DNA from: Bilabrum cf. latius
Lineage: Eukaryota
Assembly: GCA_965178125.1 (NCBI GenBank)
Contig: OZ237741.1
Location: forward strand, 434,001-498,000
DNA: 64,000 nucleotides
Direction: 5' to 3'
Of the stretch, positions 13,407 through 25,192 are shown piece after piece; within the stretch, counting starts at the first letter, position 1; each line of letters starts with the position of its first letter. Both the position numbers and the translations under genes were made by a program. The notes below the pieces were generated by a model. That model ran no database searches. It worked only from the letters and a program-made list of their open reading frames with translations, and had not been told where the DNA came from.

Positions 13407-15887
13407 ATGTCAGATCTTAAACTGCAACAAGAACCTCTCCTTCGCGCCGATTTGCGGTTGCGAGAACCAGAAAGAGATAGCAAGGCACCTGCGGGGAAAC
13501 TACTGGTTGCCAAAGAACCCGTGGCCGAGGATACCACGCCAAAGAGCCGTCCGAATCGAAATAGCCTGACTTCCGCGGGCAAATCAGTTGCAGAAAGATC
13601 TGTTGCCGAAGGTACCTCGCCGTAGAGCAACCCGAGTCCCAAGCCTGATGGCGACGGTGATGAGGAGGACGGTGGAAAGCAGGTTCTGGGGATTGCTAGA
13701 TTGTGTGGGGAAGCAAGACCCTACTGGGGAAGAATGGGCATCGCAACTGTGTTCTTGATCATCACTACCCTATCCAATTTGGCGACTCCAGTGATTTTCG
13801 GTCGCATCGTGGACGTGTTGACTGGCAGTGGCGCCGAGGACGGCGACAAATCGACGCGCCACGGCGAGCTCGTGTTCAACGTGATCGTGCTGCTCGTCGT
13901 GGCGGTTGTGCAGGCCATTGCCACGTTTATCCGAGCGTACCTCTTCAACTCCAGCGGCGTCATGCTGGTCGCACAGCTCAGGCGGAAGCTGTACCAGCAC
14001 ATCATGCGCCAGGAGATTGCGTTCTTCGACCAGAACAAGACCGGCGAACTGCTGTCTCGATTAGGCGGTGACACCACTATGTTGAAGGACGCCGTCACAA
14101 CCAACGTGTCGATGGCGCTGAGAAACTTGGCAACGGTCCTGGGCGGGATCGTGTACCTGTTTCTCAAGTCGTGGAAGCTCGCCCTCGTCATGCTGGCTCT
14201 TGTGCCCACAGTGGCTGTGCTCGCAGTTATTTACGGTGGGTTCGTCAGGCAGCTCTCCAAAGACTCGAGGAAGGCGCTAGCAGACTCCTCCGAGGTCGCC
14301 GAGGAGAGCTTCACCCTTGTGCGTACGGTGCGCTCGTTCGCTGCCGAGGCGCGCATGTACGACAAGTACGCTGAGAAAGTGGACGAAACGGAGCGACTGG
14401 GCCTTTGCGTGGCGGCGTGCAGCGGCCTGTTCATGGGACTCGTCGGTCTGATCGCAACGGGGTGCTTCGCTGGGATCGTCTTCTACGGAGGCACGCTGGT
14501 GCTCTCGGGTAGCATCACGAGCGGTGTGCTCACCTCTTTCCTGCTCCTTGCCATCACCATCGGCGCTTCGATCGGCGGACTCGCCGCCCTCTTCGGCTCC
14601 CTAATGTCTGCTCTCGGTGCCAACGAGCGCGTCTTCGCCATCCTCGACAAGCAGCCCAGCATCCCACTCGGGGAGGACGACGGGCGCAAGGGGGCAGACG
14701 CTGCCGTGGCCATCAACGATACGGCATTCAGCTCGGTGGGTAGCATGCCCCAAGGAAGCCTCAACGGGGGGGCCATGTCTGGCTCTGGAGGCGGGGCCTC
14801 GCATATCGCGCCAGCCTCCGGGGGCGCGTCTGCACTTCGTCTCAGAGCTACCGGCGGCGCGTTGAGCGGAATGGAAGCGGGACAGCTGGGAATGTCCATG
14901 TCAACAGCGGACGTGGAGCAGACTATGGAGCAGCCTGCCCTGCTCTACACCCCAAAAGTGCCCTTCTCTGGCCGGGTGGATCTTCGCGACGTTTGGTTCA
15001 CGTATCCGACCCGCCCGGACACCCCAGTGCTAAGAGGAATCTCCTTATCGATTCTGCCGGGGCAGCAAGTCGCGCTCGTGGGCAGCTCGGGAGCAGGCAA
15101 GTCCACCGTAGCCCAGCTGCTGGAGCGGTTCTACGACATGACCTCTGGGCAAATACTCCTGGACGGCATCGACATTCGGAGACTGGACCCCGGATTCCTC
15201 CGAGCCTCTATCGGCATGGTCAGGCAGGAGCCCGTGCTGTTCGGTGGCAGCATCGGGGACAACATTCGCTTCGGACGGCCAGACGCAACGCAGGACCAGA
15301 TCGAGGAGGCCGCCAAGGTGGCGAACGCGCACGATTTCATCGTTGGGATGGCCGATGGCTACGACACGCTGTGTGGCGAGAAGGGCGTGCGCTTAAGCGG
15401 GGGGCAGAAGCAGAGGGTAGCCCTCGCTCGCGCAGTCATCAAGAACTGCGGTCTGCTAATCGCAGATGAGGCGTCGAGTGCGCTGGACGCCGAGAGCGAG
15501 GCGGTGGTGCTGGAGGCACTCAGCCGCGTCATGCGAGGTAAGTCTTCCTTGAGCATCGCGCATCGGCTGTCCACCGTCAGGGGCGCGGACGTGGTGTGCA
15601 TGCTGAGCAAAGGAGTGATCACTGCCAGCGGCTCCCACGAAGAACTCATGGGAAAGAGCGAGAGGTACAAGCAGCTCGTGCGCAGGCAGCTCGTGCACTC
15701 CGATACAGAGAGGGTGGCAGCTGGGCTCGGGCCCATCGCAGCTGCAGAGGAGGATGAGGAGGATGACGATGGGGAAGAGGAGCAAGGAGAGGGCACTGTG
15801 GACTAGGATGGCAAATCTTCCAGTAGTGGGGGCTCGCCAGGGGGTGCCGGTGGTGCGTCTGCCGCAGGACACTCGCTTGAACAGTGA
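13407..15887 (+). CDS. ABC transporter subfamily B half-transporter (ABCB10/ABCB9/TAP-like), ~826 aa
   Basis: TMD motif QEIAFFDQNKTGELLSRL, Walker A GSSGAGKST, signature LSGGQKQRVALAR, Walker B LLIADEASSALD, H-loop IAHRLST. TAG at 13623 and 15804 read through; TGA at 15885-15887. Confidence 0.93.
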
Positions 15888-16058
15888 TGCTTGTTAAACG
15901 CATAGATAGAGAAGGCTTGAAAGAAGCATAATGGCCCCAGATCTACGAGGCCTAGCGCAGCATCCGGACCATCTCTAGGTCTCGTGCTGGCTCCACTGTC
16001 CGCCCAAATCCGAACGTATGTACACTGACCACACAGCTCGTGCGGCTACCAACTCTCA

Positions 16059-18350
16059 TCATGCACCCCACGCGTCCAAGGGCTTGATACTAATGGATGC
16101 AGCGGCCTTGAGAGCATCAAGGGTCCGCCCAGCCACGGCATTCACGGACAACGTACCGTGCGCACCAACCACGTCGACAGGGTCGAACGACACTTCAATG
16201 CGGCTGATGCCATCGGAGGGATCCTGCGGAGGTAGCAGGTGGAGAGCGGTCACGTTCCAGGCCAACGGAGAGGTCCCTGCAGCAAGTGCGGGTGCGTCCA
16301 CCCACAGGCCGAGGTACAGCGTGCGCATGTCGCCTTGGGTTGAGTTCATCTTCACGGGGCCACCCATGAAGGCAGTAGCAGAGCGCGGGCCAGCCCAGGC
16401 AGAAGCCTCCGAAGGTTGTTCGAGACGAAGCACTGCCATGTCTGTCGCACTCCCTTGCAGCGGGATGCCAGCAACCGGGGTGGCCGTTGCCAGCGTGTGG
16501 GCATGCCACGAGACGGCCGGTCCGATGGCGCCGATGCTCACGCACTCCCACCCATCACACCCTTGGTCGTACGGATCAGAGGCACCCGACACTGGCACCA
16601 TCTCATCCCGGACGATGTGGATTCGCTCGCTTCCACCCGGGGTGCTGACAGTGCTGAGTGCGGCTCCTCGTAGCGTTGAGACGACACCCTGCCTCTGGTA
16701 GGCATTGGTGCTGTTGACCACTCCAAGCACGCCGTTTGGGAGCACTTTGGCCCCGGGGTCTTCCTTGTCGCTGAATGTGACCACGGAGCCGTTGCCCAGC
16801 CTGGACTGATCCATTCCTCCCAGCGTGATGACGTTGTGGCCCTCCGCTGACAGGCGGTAGTAGTTGAATCGCTGCTTGCCAAAGTAGCCCTGGAGATCGT
16901 ACGTGTCGTGCCCGTTGTCGATGATAAACCGGGCGCCTTGTGAGTCGAGGACAAAAGATCCTACGTCCATGTGCCCGTGGTTGTTGTGCGCGTCATCCGC
17001 ATCGTCGTACGTGTTGCAGCCACCCTTCATCGCGATGTAGGAAACTTCGCGGTGTGTGCTGGCAGAGTCGTTCACGAACGGGTAGGACCACGAGTCGCGC
17101 AGAAATACCATGTTTTTCTTCAGAAAGCGGTCCCCGGCAGCACGCGAGTCGCCGGGAGCTGGCTTCGAGTTGAACTGCCTGGACGCTGGCAGGCTTTGGA
17201 GTGGATCCTGGCCGGCCTTGTAGTTGGGGTCGAAGAAAAGGAGCGCTTTGTGATCCGGGGAGGCCAGCCCCTAGCCCACCAGCTGCGCCGCCCAGTACGA
17301 GTACTCCGGCTTGTTGAATCGAGTGGCGGCGTAGTGCATGGACCAGCTCTCTCCGTCAGTCTAGACTTCTCCCGTATCTGCCCAGTTGAAGTACTGCAGC
17401 ACTGGGTAAGGGGAGACGGAATAGATGGGGTACAGGCCTGACTTGTCCACCGCGTGGTCTTCCAAGCGGCCCAGCACCTCGTCGGATCCGATCGCACTCC
17501 GGAGGGCTGCAGAAGCGTAGAACAGAAATGCGCACGCATAGTTGTGGTAGGACGGACCCTCGAACCAGATCCCGTCCGGTGCGTAGTTTTCGATTGCAGC
17601 CCCCATGCCGCGGTGCACGGCGGCATCGAAGAGCCTGTCTACGACGCCGCGCTGCGTGCGATTGTTCACGTCTCCTGATACGGCCAGCGTACCCACTACG
17701 AAGCCTCCGTTAGTCACCAGGTTCCAGTTGCCAGGATCTTGAGTGAACCATTTGGCCTCCCTGTGGGCCGCCAGTCCGAAGCGAAGACCTTTGTCCACGA
17801 TAATGCTTCGGATGGTCGCCCGTTCCTCCGAGGACATAAAGTCCCAGAGCTGGTCGTACGCAAAGCTCATGCCCTGCGTCAGCTCGGCCACGTCGAGCTA
17901 GTGGCCGGGATTCCAGGTTGGGTAGCTCCCGGCGTTCATGGCTTCAGCCACAGCTCTACGAGCGAAAGAAGTCGAGTTGGCATCGGAAGTATATGGTCTG
18001 ATACAGTCAGGAAAGGGGCTATTTTTGGACTCGAAAGACTGCATGATGCGCGCAGAGATAGAAAGCTGCTGCAATCGGGCCTCAATGTTTCGAGCAGCCC
18101 CTAGCATGCCACCATCCCCATGGATGCCCGGCCAGGGCAGCACAGGCTCAGACAGTAACTGAACTGCCTCATGAAAAGTGGCGTTGCAATGTATCGATGC
18201 CACCGGATCTCCTATTTGGAGCAGCGAGTGGATCGTATCCAGCCGATCTTTGTCAAGCATTATGCGACCAGGGTGAGAGGGGAGAGCTGGGATCTCAGCA
18301 TAGACCCGAAATAATAGCAGTGTACCCCCCAGTATGGCAGCCCTGCTCAT
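16059..18350 (-). CDS. Secreted heparinase II/III-like polysaccharide lyase, bacterial-type, ~763 aa
   Basis: Hydrophobic N-terminus MSRAAILGGTLLLFRVYA. Motifs WNPGH*LDVAE, NWNLVTNGG, YAPDGIWFEGPSYHNY, FNWAD, HGHMDVGSFVLD, GHNVI. One frame with TAG at 17898, 17361 and 17271; ends TGA TGA; no intron needed. Confidence 0.82.
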
Positions 18351-18519
18351 GATGCCTCCTGAAACAGCCAGAATGAAAACTAGATCTAGTTGCCGTTCGC
18401 ATTCATCATGACGAACACCTTGTGACATTTCATCAACTGACACACACATCGTCGTCGCCAGAAGAGGCACCCAGTTCGTTACGTACGTTTAAACCAACTT
18501 GCAAATGGGATTTTCATAA

Positions 18520-20193
18520 ATGCCAGGAAGGAAGCGCAGCGAATTCAGATTCAACGCCGCTCTCGCTGTCTAGCAAGCTGAGCTTGTTCAGCTCATCGCA
18601 AAGGAAAGCCTGGCGGGAGGCAAAGCGAAAGGCAAAGCATGGTCCGACTTAGATCGACTTCATAAGCGAGCATAGGTTGCTCAGCCACGAGCTGTCTCCA
18701 TTGAGAATGTTGACCCGAACAGCATCGCTGGGCGTGCGAGGCGCAAGTACGGGACCGCAAGAACATTTGGCAAGCCTAAGGGTGGGTCCACATTGTAGTC
18801 GTAGCCTAGATCTACGCGAATACGCTGTCTTCCTATCACACAGCTGCCAGATGCCAGGAGACTTCCTTCAGCTGCTTCGGGCACGAGTCGCCACAACAGG
18901 GTAGAGTCCAAGCGCGGGGACAGCGATGATGTCGTCGCCGCAGCAAGAAATGCATCCAAAAGTGCTCCGTCATGGTCCATTGCCCCAAGACGACGGCCGC
19001 CAGAAGACATTCGAAGAGAGCGGGAGGCGGCGCAGTCGTCCGCTGCGGCGGCAGCACCGGGACGGTCGAGCTTAGGCCACCAGCCGCTCAGCACAAAAAC
19101 ATCTGCGCCCGCGCCCAGCTTTTCAAAGCTAGGCAGAGACCGGGCTGCGCGAGCTCTCGCTGCTGGGTCGCTCGATACGCCCAGCGCGCAGCACTACCAC
19201 CCGAACGACGCTGCCACTTCGACCGTTCGGACAGCCAGGGCAGCTCGCCTTGCTGGCAGGACTGGCAGCCCGTCCCACTCGCAGTCTATGATACTAAAAG
19301 GTGCCCACGCAGTTCCCGGTCCGGGACACTATGCAGTGGCCCCAGGGCAGGGCCCCCAGGTGCTCAGCAGCAGGAGGAGTGCGCCGGGGGTGAGCTTCGG
19401 AGCCGGGTTCGTCGCGCCCTCATCCTCATCCTACTAGTCCTAGGCCTAGTCCTCATCCTCTTCGCTACACGCACAATCGCAAACGCGAAGAGAAGGAAGA
19501 AATGGCAGGGCTGGTGGCTCGCTTTCGTCGGCGCCACCTCCCCCCATCGGGGGCCGTGGTTTCGGCAGCAGCACCAGCACGCCCGCAACAGGCGGGTTCC
19601 GAGGTAGCCAGAGCCTGTCGAGCCTTGGCGCAAGTTACGTGATGAATGCCAGTGGAGCTTCTAGAGTGCCCCCTGCACAGCGTACCAGCGGGAAAACATC
19701 GCTGGCAGCTTCCATGGGCCCGGGGGGTAGACCACCCGCGGGGCTAGATCTAGATCTTGGGCGCGGGTCTCATGAGCGGGGGGGTAGGCACCGGAGTGGG
19801 GGGGGGCTGGGGGGATGGGTGGGTGTGGAGAACGAGGAACAGGGCTGGGACCTGTGCGAGCCTCCCGCTCGGCGGGCGAGGAGAGCAGCAAAGGCAGTGT
19901 AGGAGGGCGAGTCTGCAGAGCTGGCTTAGAGGATGAGGATCAGGAAGTTGCAGCAGGATCGGCTGGTGGCGGCTCGCAATGCCAGGTAGCCCCTGCCGCC
20001 GCGCCGGAGGCAACCAGCAGCAAGGCCCGGGAATAGTTTGGTATCACGGTCTAATTAGACAGGGCATGGTACTGCTGATAGCGCCAGGGAACAACGGGCG
20101 GGCGAAGAAGACGTGCACGTTCTCGCCGACAGGGTGCTGGCAGAGTCCGCGAGGTATCTAGATGGTCTGAATCCGACAGAGCATGGCTCGTGA
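18520..20193 (+). CDS. SHIPPO/ODF3-like (PGPGxY-repeat) axonemal protein, ~557 aa
   Basis: Frame open from ATG 18520 to TGA 20191 when TAG is sense (11 TAGs by my count). Motifs SLGHQPLSTKTSAPAPSFSK, TPSAQHY, VPGPGHY, GPQVLSSRRSAPGVSFG. Mostly absent from the standard-code ORF track. Confidence 0.65.
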
Positions 20194-20380
20194 GGAGCAA
20201 AATGTGCTATTGGCTGAATTAAGACTATGCTTGGTGTTCTGCATGCTAGGAAGGAGCAATGGGGGACTCAGCAGCAGCCGCACGGCTTTGCCCGGTTGCC
20301 CCGGGCAGTCGTTTGTCGGGTTGTTCCGGCTTGGCAGCCGCTCTCCCACTCGGCTTTTCAACCGCCATTTGTGAGATACC

Positions 20381-23300
20381 ATGTACATAGACAAGCTTAA
20401 ACTGCACCATGAAATCGTTGCACTTGCAGCGGGACTTGCTCTGGCTGGCTTTATGTTCCTGCTTGCGGTGTATGGAGCACGCTGGTGCTTGTACGCGGTA
20501 ACGTGCCAGTGCTGTTGCAGTGGGGTCGCCCGTAAGGAAGCAGAGTTGTCTCGTCGTAGCAAATTGCTTGGCAAGCTCATACTTCATGATAATCTTGCTG
20601 CAGCGTAGGCGAATCGGCTTCTCGGGGCCCGTGCGGGGTAGCCGTAGAGAGCGGCTGACATGTTGCAGAATTCCCAAGCTTTGACCACCGCCTTGGCCGA
20701 CTCGACGTCTATGGCCGAGGTGAGGCAAGCTGTTGTAGGTACAAGATCAACTAGCTGGTGCGTAGATGATGCTGTCGGTTGCGTTGCAGCTTGTGCATCA
20801 TGCGGAGGTTCGTGCGTCGAGTGTTGCGCCTCGTATGCATTGCCTGTTGGTGGCCATGGTCAGCAAGACGGCTTAGATTTTTACCACTGGCATGATGGTG
20901 GTCCACTTGTTCCACCTGAATTGGTGGTAGACGAGCGTTCCGTTCCGAGAAGCGGTAGGTCAGCGCGGAAGAGATCATCAGGATACCCAGCGTTTCGCGC
21001 AGCCAAGTCGGCGGCTAGATTGCCACAGACTGGATCCTTGCGGTCATGGCCTGTACTATGTGCAGCACTTACATTGCTATCGGTTGCTTTTGCTGTGCTC
21101 TACATCGTAAAGCGAATCGAAGACGTGGAGAATGCGGCGATTCTGCTCGAAGACGGAGCCACGAGTCAACTCGAGCTCGGCAAGTCGATTCTAAAGAGCT
21201 GGCCAGACGGAATCGTCGGTGTCGTATCACACAATGGCGCCGTGGCAATCACGACGACGAAAGATCTCGACCTAGACGGCTTCATGTCCAGAAGGGATGT
21301 CTAGTCTTCGAGCGAGACCGGCAGAGACCTCAAGAAAGCAATACGACGAGCAAAGGCTGGGGTGTCGTTACCAAAGGGTATCATTCAGGGTTTCAAGTCC
21401 TCCCGGTGGCACAAAGACGGCGAAGGCAGGTTTCGTGTGCCTCTCGAACTCCCGGCTAGCGCGTTGCTCGGGGTATCTCCAGCATGCTAGTACGCCGAGG
21501 ATGTTAGCATGGATGGCAGGTTGCAGGCATGCAGGACATTGAATGCAGTGAGCAGACTGCTGAGTGAGGTTCCTTGGGCTGGAATTAACGATAAGAGGCA
21601 GGCGGTAGCCAGGCTCGTGGCCTCGAACGGCAACGCTTGCAATCTCGAAGACAAGACGTCCAGTCGGTTCTCGAGGCATCGCCGGCGCGGGACTCGCGCT
21701 CCTCCGAAGGGGCAGTCAAACAAGGCGCTAAAGATTGCATGTTCCTACTTGGGTTCACAGCAGACCCGAATGGCTGCAGTGTCAGCAGCTGTGGATCAGC
21801 GCCTGCTGTCACCGCTGGCCATGCAGGTACTGCAAGACCACTGGCGGGGCAGCAGCCATGCCCTCCAGCTGATAGAGTCAGGTACAGCAGAGACTCCAGC
21901 TCTAGTTTTTGGTCTTTCCAACGCTACCGCAACGTCTAAGTCCCAACTAGACCGTATCACGGGCCCTGGAGCTGACTTGCCGCCGTCAGGGACGACCACG
22001 GCGGCGACAGAGATTCTGTTGCAGTCACCGGCGAGCATCAGGCTTCGTCTGATCCGCAGGATGTCGGAGCTTTTCGACAATTTTGCTCTGCTGCAGGCAT
22101 AGCCAGCCGTGTGCCAGGGTAACCCGCAGGCTGGCCCGTTTTCATGGGAATTCGAGCACGTCGAGGTCGACGAGGCGTTCTAGAGACTCGGTACCATGCA
22201 CCCGAGCCAGGTTGCGAGAGGCAGTGAGCGCCCTAGCCACTTTCCGCCTTCTGATCACGGTGCTAAGGCATCATTCAAAGACCCAGCAATCAATGAATCG
22301 AGCGTTCTTGATGTGTTGATGCGGGAACCCCTCGCTCTCATAGACGAGCTTCAGCAGGCTGTGCGAAAGCGCAGCGATGCAAAATAGTTGCCGTAGCAAG
22401 AAGACCCCATCTGGTCTAAGATAGGAGAGCACTTGGACGGGTATAGTCAGCTGTTTTCACAAGCGCTGCACGGGCGTGATGGTTTTATCGCCATGGAAGC
22501 TGCCAGAAGGCGACGCAAGCGGGATGCACCTCTCGTGGAAGCGAACCTGCAGGCAATCCAGGCCGCCCAAAGGTAGGCCAGCGATGATCGCGCCCAAATG
22601 GAGGAAACAATGGCAAATGGGGGCATTTGGAGGGCCATTGGTGGCCTCCCGCGCGGACCAGGAGCTACTCACGACCTCCTCCAGTCCATGTGCACCGATC
22701 TTGGTGGTCTCAGTGCATCATCCGACGACAAGACTAGATCTACTGGTGGTTTTGCCCGTCTCCATCGCGAGTTCTTTCTATTGGCGGGACTCGAGGTACC
22801 AGATCCATTGCCGCAAGTTGGGCTTCCCCGCTTGTTGTGTACCAAGCCAAAGCTCGAATAGTCCATCGAGCAGTTGGAGAAGACGCTGGCGATTGGCCGG
22901 TCACGCGATGGCAGTGAAGTTCGGTCCAGCCTTGTTTCGATAGTAGCCCTGGCTGTAACTTTGTTGACAACAAGTAGTGTGGTAGGCGAAGTGTGGTTAT
23001 AGGCTGCATATGTGATGTTCTGGTCTGCGTGCTGCCATCTGTCCCTGTTTCCGTGGACCTACTTCACAGACGGACCCTCATGCTGTGAGACGTTGCAAGG
23101 CAGCATGATAGAGTTGAGGAGGCAAGGTAGAACCAGCTGGTTGGCCACTGCTGCTCGCGTGGCGCAGCTGGGAGTTGATAGCTCCAGTGTGGTGGCTTAG
23201 GAAGCTTCGTCTGCCGGTGTGGCACAAGGTTTGAACGAGAGCATCCGCAAGGCTGCAGAATCGCTTGATACGACGAAGCCGACACCGCAGCAGCTCGCTG

Positions 23301-25051
23301 CATCGGCAACCAAGGCAATGCAAGCAATTCGATTGGCCGGTCTTCCCCTGCCGGATACTCTCGTGGCTCCGTTGCCTGACCAATCCATGCGAGGGTCAAA
23401 CAACCACACGCCTGCCGGCTCCACAGTGCGAGATTCAGACGTTGATGACGACTTGGATGAACCAGACACGTACGATGGACACGGGGCTTCGATGGTCAGT
23501 GCAATTACACCGCTGGGACCAAGACTGGAAGGAAATTAGCGTGTGTCGCTGTCTTTGTCTACTTTGCAAGGTGTTTGGCTGGACCCTTCGGAGGCTAGTG
23601 CCTACGGCGTGTTCGCTGGCCGGGTCCCTCACAGAGTGTTGAAACCCGCCGTAATGATGCCACTGTTTTCGGCATCAATGTTCTTGTACGGGCTTGTTGT
23701 CCTTCTTTCAGCGTGTGGCGACTTAGCATGGGTGGTGACGGTCCGCTCCGCACATGACTAGCTCCGCTCTTAGCACGTTGATTTGATCGCAAGGATGGAG
23801 CAGGCTGAGCTACAAGATATAGCGACAAGCAGCGGGCTACGTGACCCTTTGGATGCAATATCGCCAGCTGTGGCGAGCCGTGTACTGTGGTCGCTACCTG
23901 CTTCACAAACAGAGTACAGTATTGCAGCAGGTCCTGCTGGTACGAGGAGCTATGCGCAAGAGGCAATCCGATACGGACTCTTTGACAGACGTGGACGGCA
24001 TATTTCGGCCGCAGGAACGGCTTTGGCCAATCCGTTGCAGGCGACCCAGTTTGCAGCGATCAAGCTGATGACCAGCCTAGGCAGCTTGCTGGGGCTCCAA
24101 GGGGAGCTCGTGCTGTCGGGCTCGAGCCACTTTCGGCTCGGACACAGGAAGCATGCGTCGCACTCGTACGGATACAGCAGCGAGTCTGATGCACTGGTGG
24201 AATAGTAGGTTTAGGCCATTCAGGAGGCCGATTTGACGACTGGAATCGACGCAGGCACAGGACTCGATCGAACAGCGGGCGCATTGGTGCCCGCACTCGA
24301 GTGGCAGTACAGGGCGGCGTTATAGTCGAACGAACACGATGCGCTGAAATACAGCGGTGTCCTACACCTCCGAGCCTTGCAGCTGCAAACCATTATCTTG
24401 AGGAAGAGCATCGAGCGGCTGCAAGAGGAGCTCCAAGGCACTGCAGACTTGTGGTGGGAGTCGGGCCGCTTGCAGCATCTGGCAAACAGCGCAGCTGCAC
24501 AGGCTCAAGCCAACGGGTTGGTGGAGGTCAACCTAGAAGTTGCTATTGCTGATGCGGCCAGGCGCAGCGGTGTTCCCGACGCTGTTTAGTTTACCAAGAT
24601 TGCCACGTCGGCTGGAAGTCGGTGGAGAGCGGCTGCTGAGCAGTGCTTTGCTGCAGGCGAACTAACCTCGTACTCTGGGTCCGAAAAGTATGGTTCCGCG
24701 CCTCCGATTATTGTCGAACCGCAACGCGATCCCAAGCAACAAAGTATCTGGATCAACAGTGCCCTTCGCAGTGCCGTATCGTTTGGAGCGGGCACCGTCC
24801 TAGCAAACACGAGGGTGATGGGGGTTGTGGTGCCTATCATTGTCTCGCAAGTGGCCATCCTGTTCCTCTGGCGCGGCCAGCGGCTCGAGTGGGCCGCATG
24901 GCAGCTCCGGCTGCTACGGTGGTACGCGCTGGCGGTGCAGCGGGGTGTTCAGGTGGCTCAGGCGGAGCATGAGCTGGGCGAGTCTAGCACCGTGAAAGCC
25001 AGCACGACACCAAACGGAACGCAGGATGGGATCGTAGATAACGTCAATTGA
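20381..25051 (+). CDS. Uncharacterised large multi-pass membrane protein, ~1556 aa
   Basis: A single frame of 4671 nt with no internal TAA/TGA and 21 TAGs by my count. In-frame TGA at 20372 lies just upstream of ATG 20381; ends TGA 25049. About five hydrophobic segments (e.g. IVALAAGLALAGFMFLLAVY, VLCAALTLLSVAFAVLYIV, MFLYGLVVLLSAC, VMGVVVPIIVSQVAILFLW). Confidence 0.75.
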
Positions 25052-25192
25052 ACGAGATTCTGATAGGCCTAGCAGGATGCAGTGAGTGAAGCGATCCACT
25101 CAACGTGCCCATCCGGGATGCCGGATTCATGGATCGTGCTGATGTTGAAAGCAACATTAGATATTAATTGGAAATATTGTCGTGTGTGCCAC

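Noticed and set aside
18681-19715. Minus-strand ORF with an in-frame TAA (~19635), suggesting UAA is also sense
   Set aside because: It is the antisense shadow of the plus-strand SHIPPO-like gene (18520-20193), which carries the recognisable motifs.
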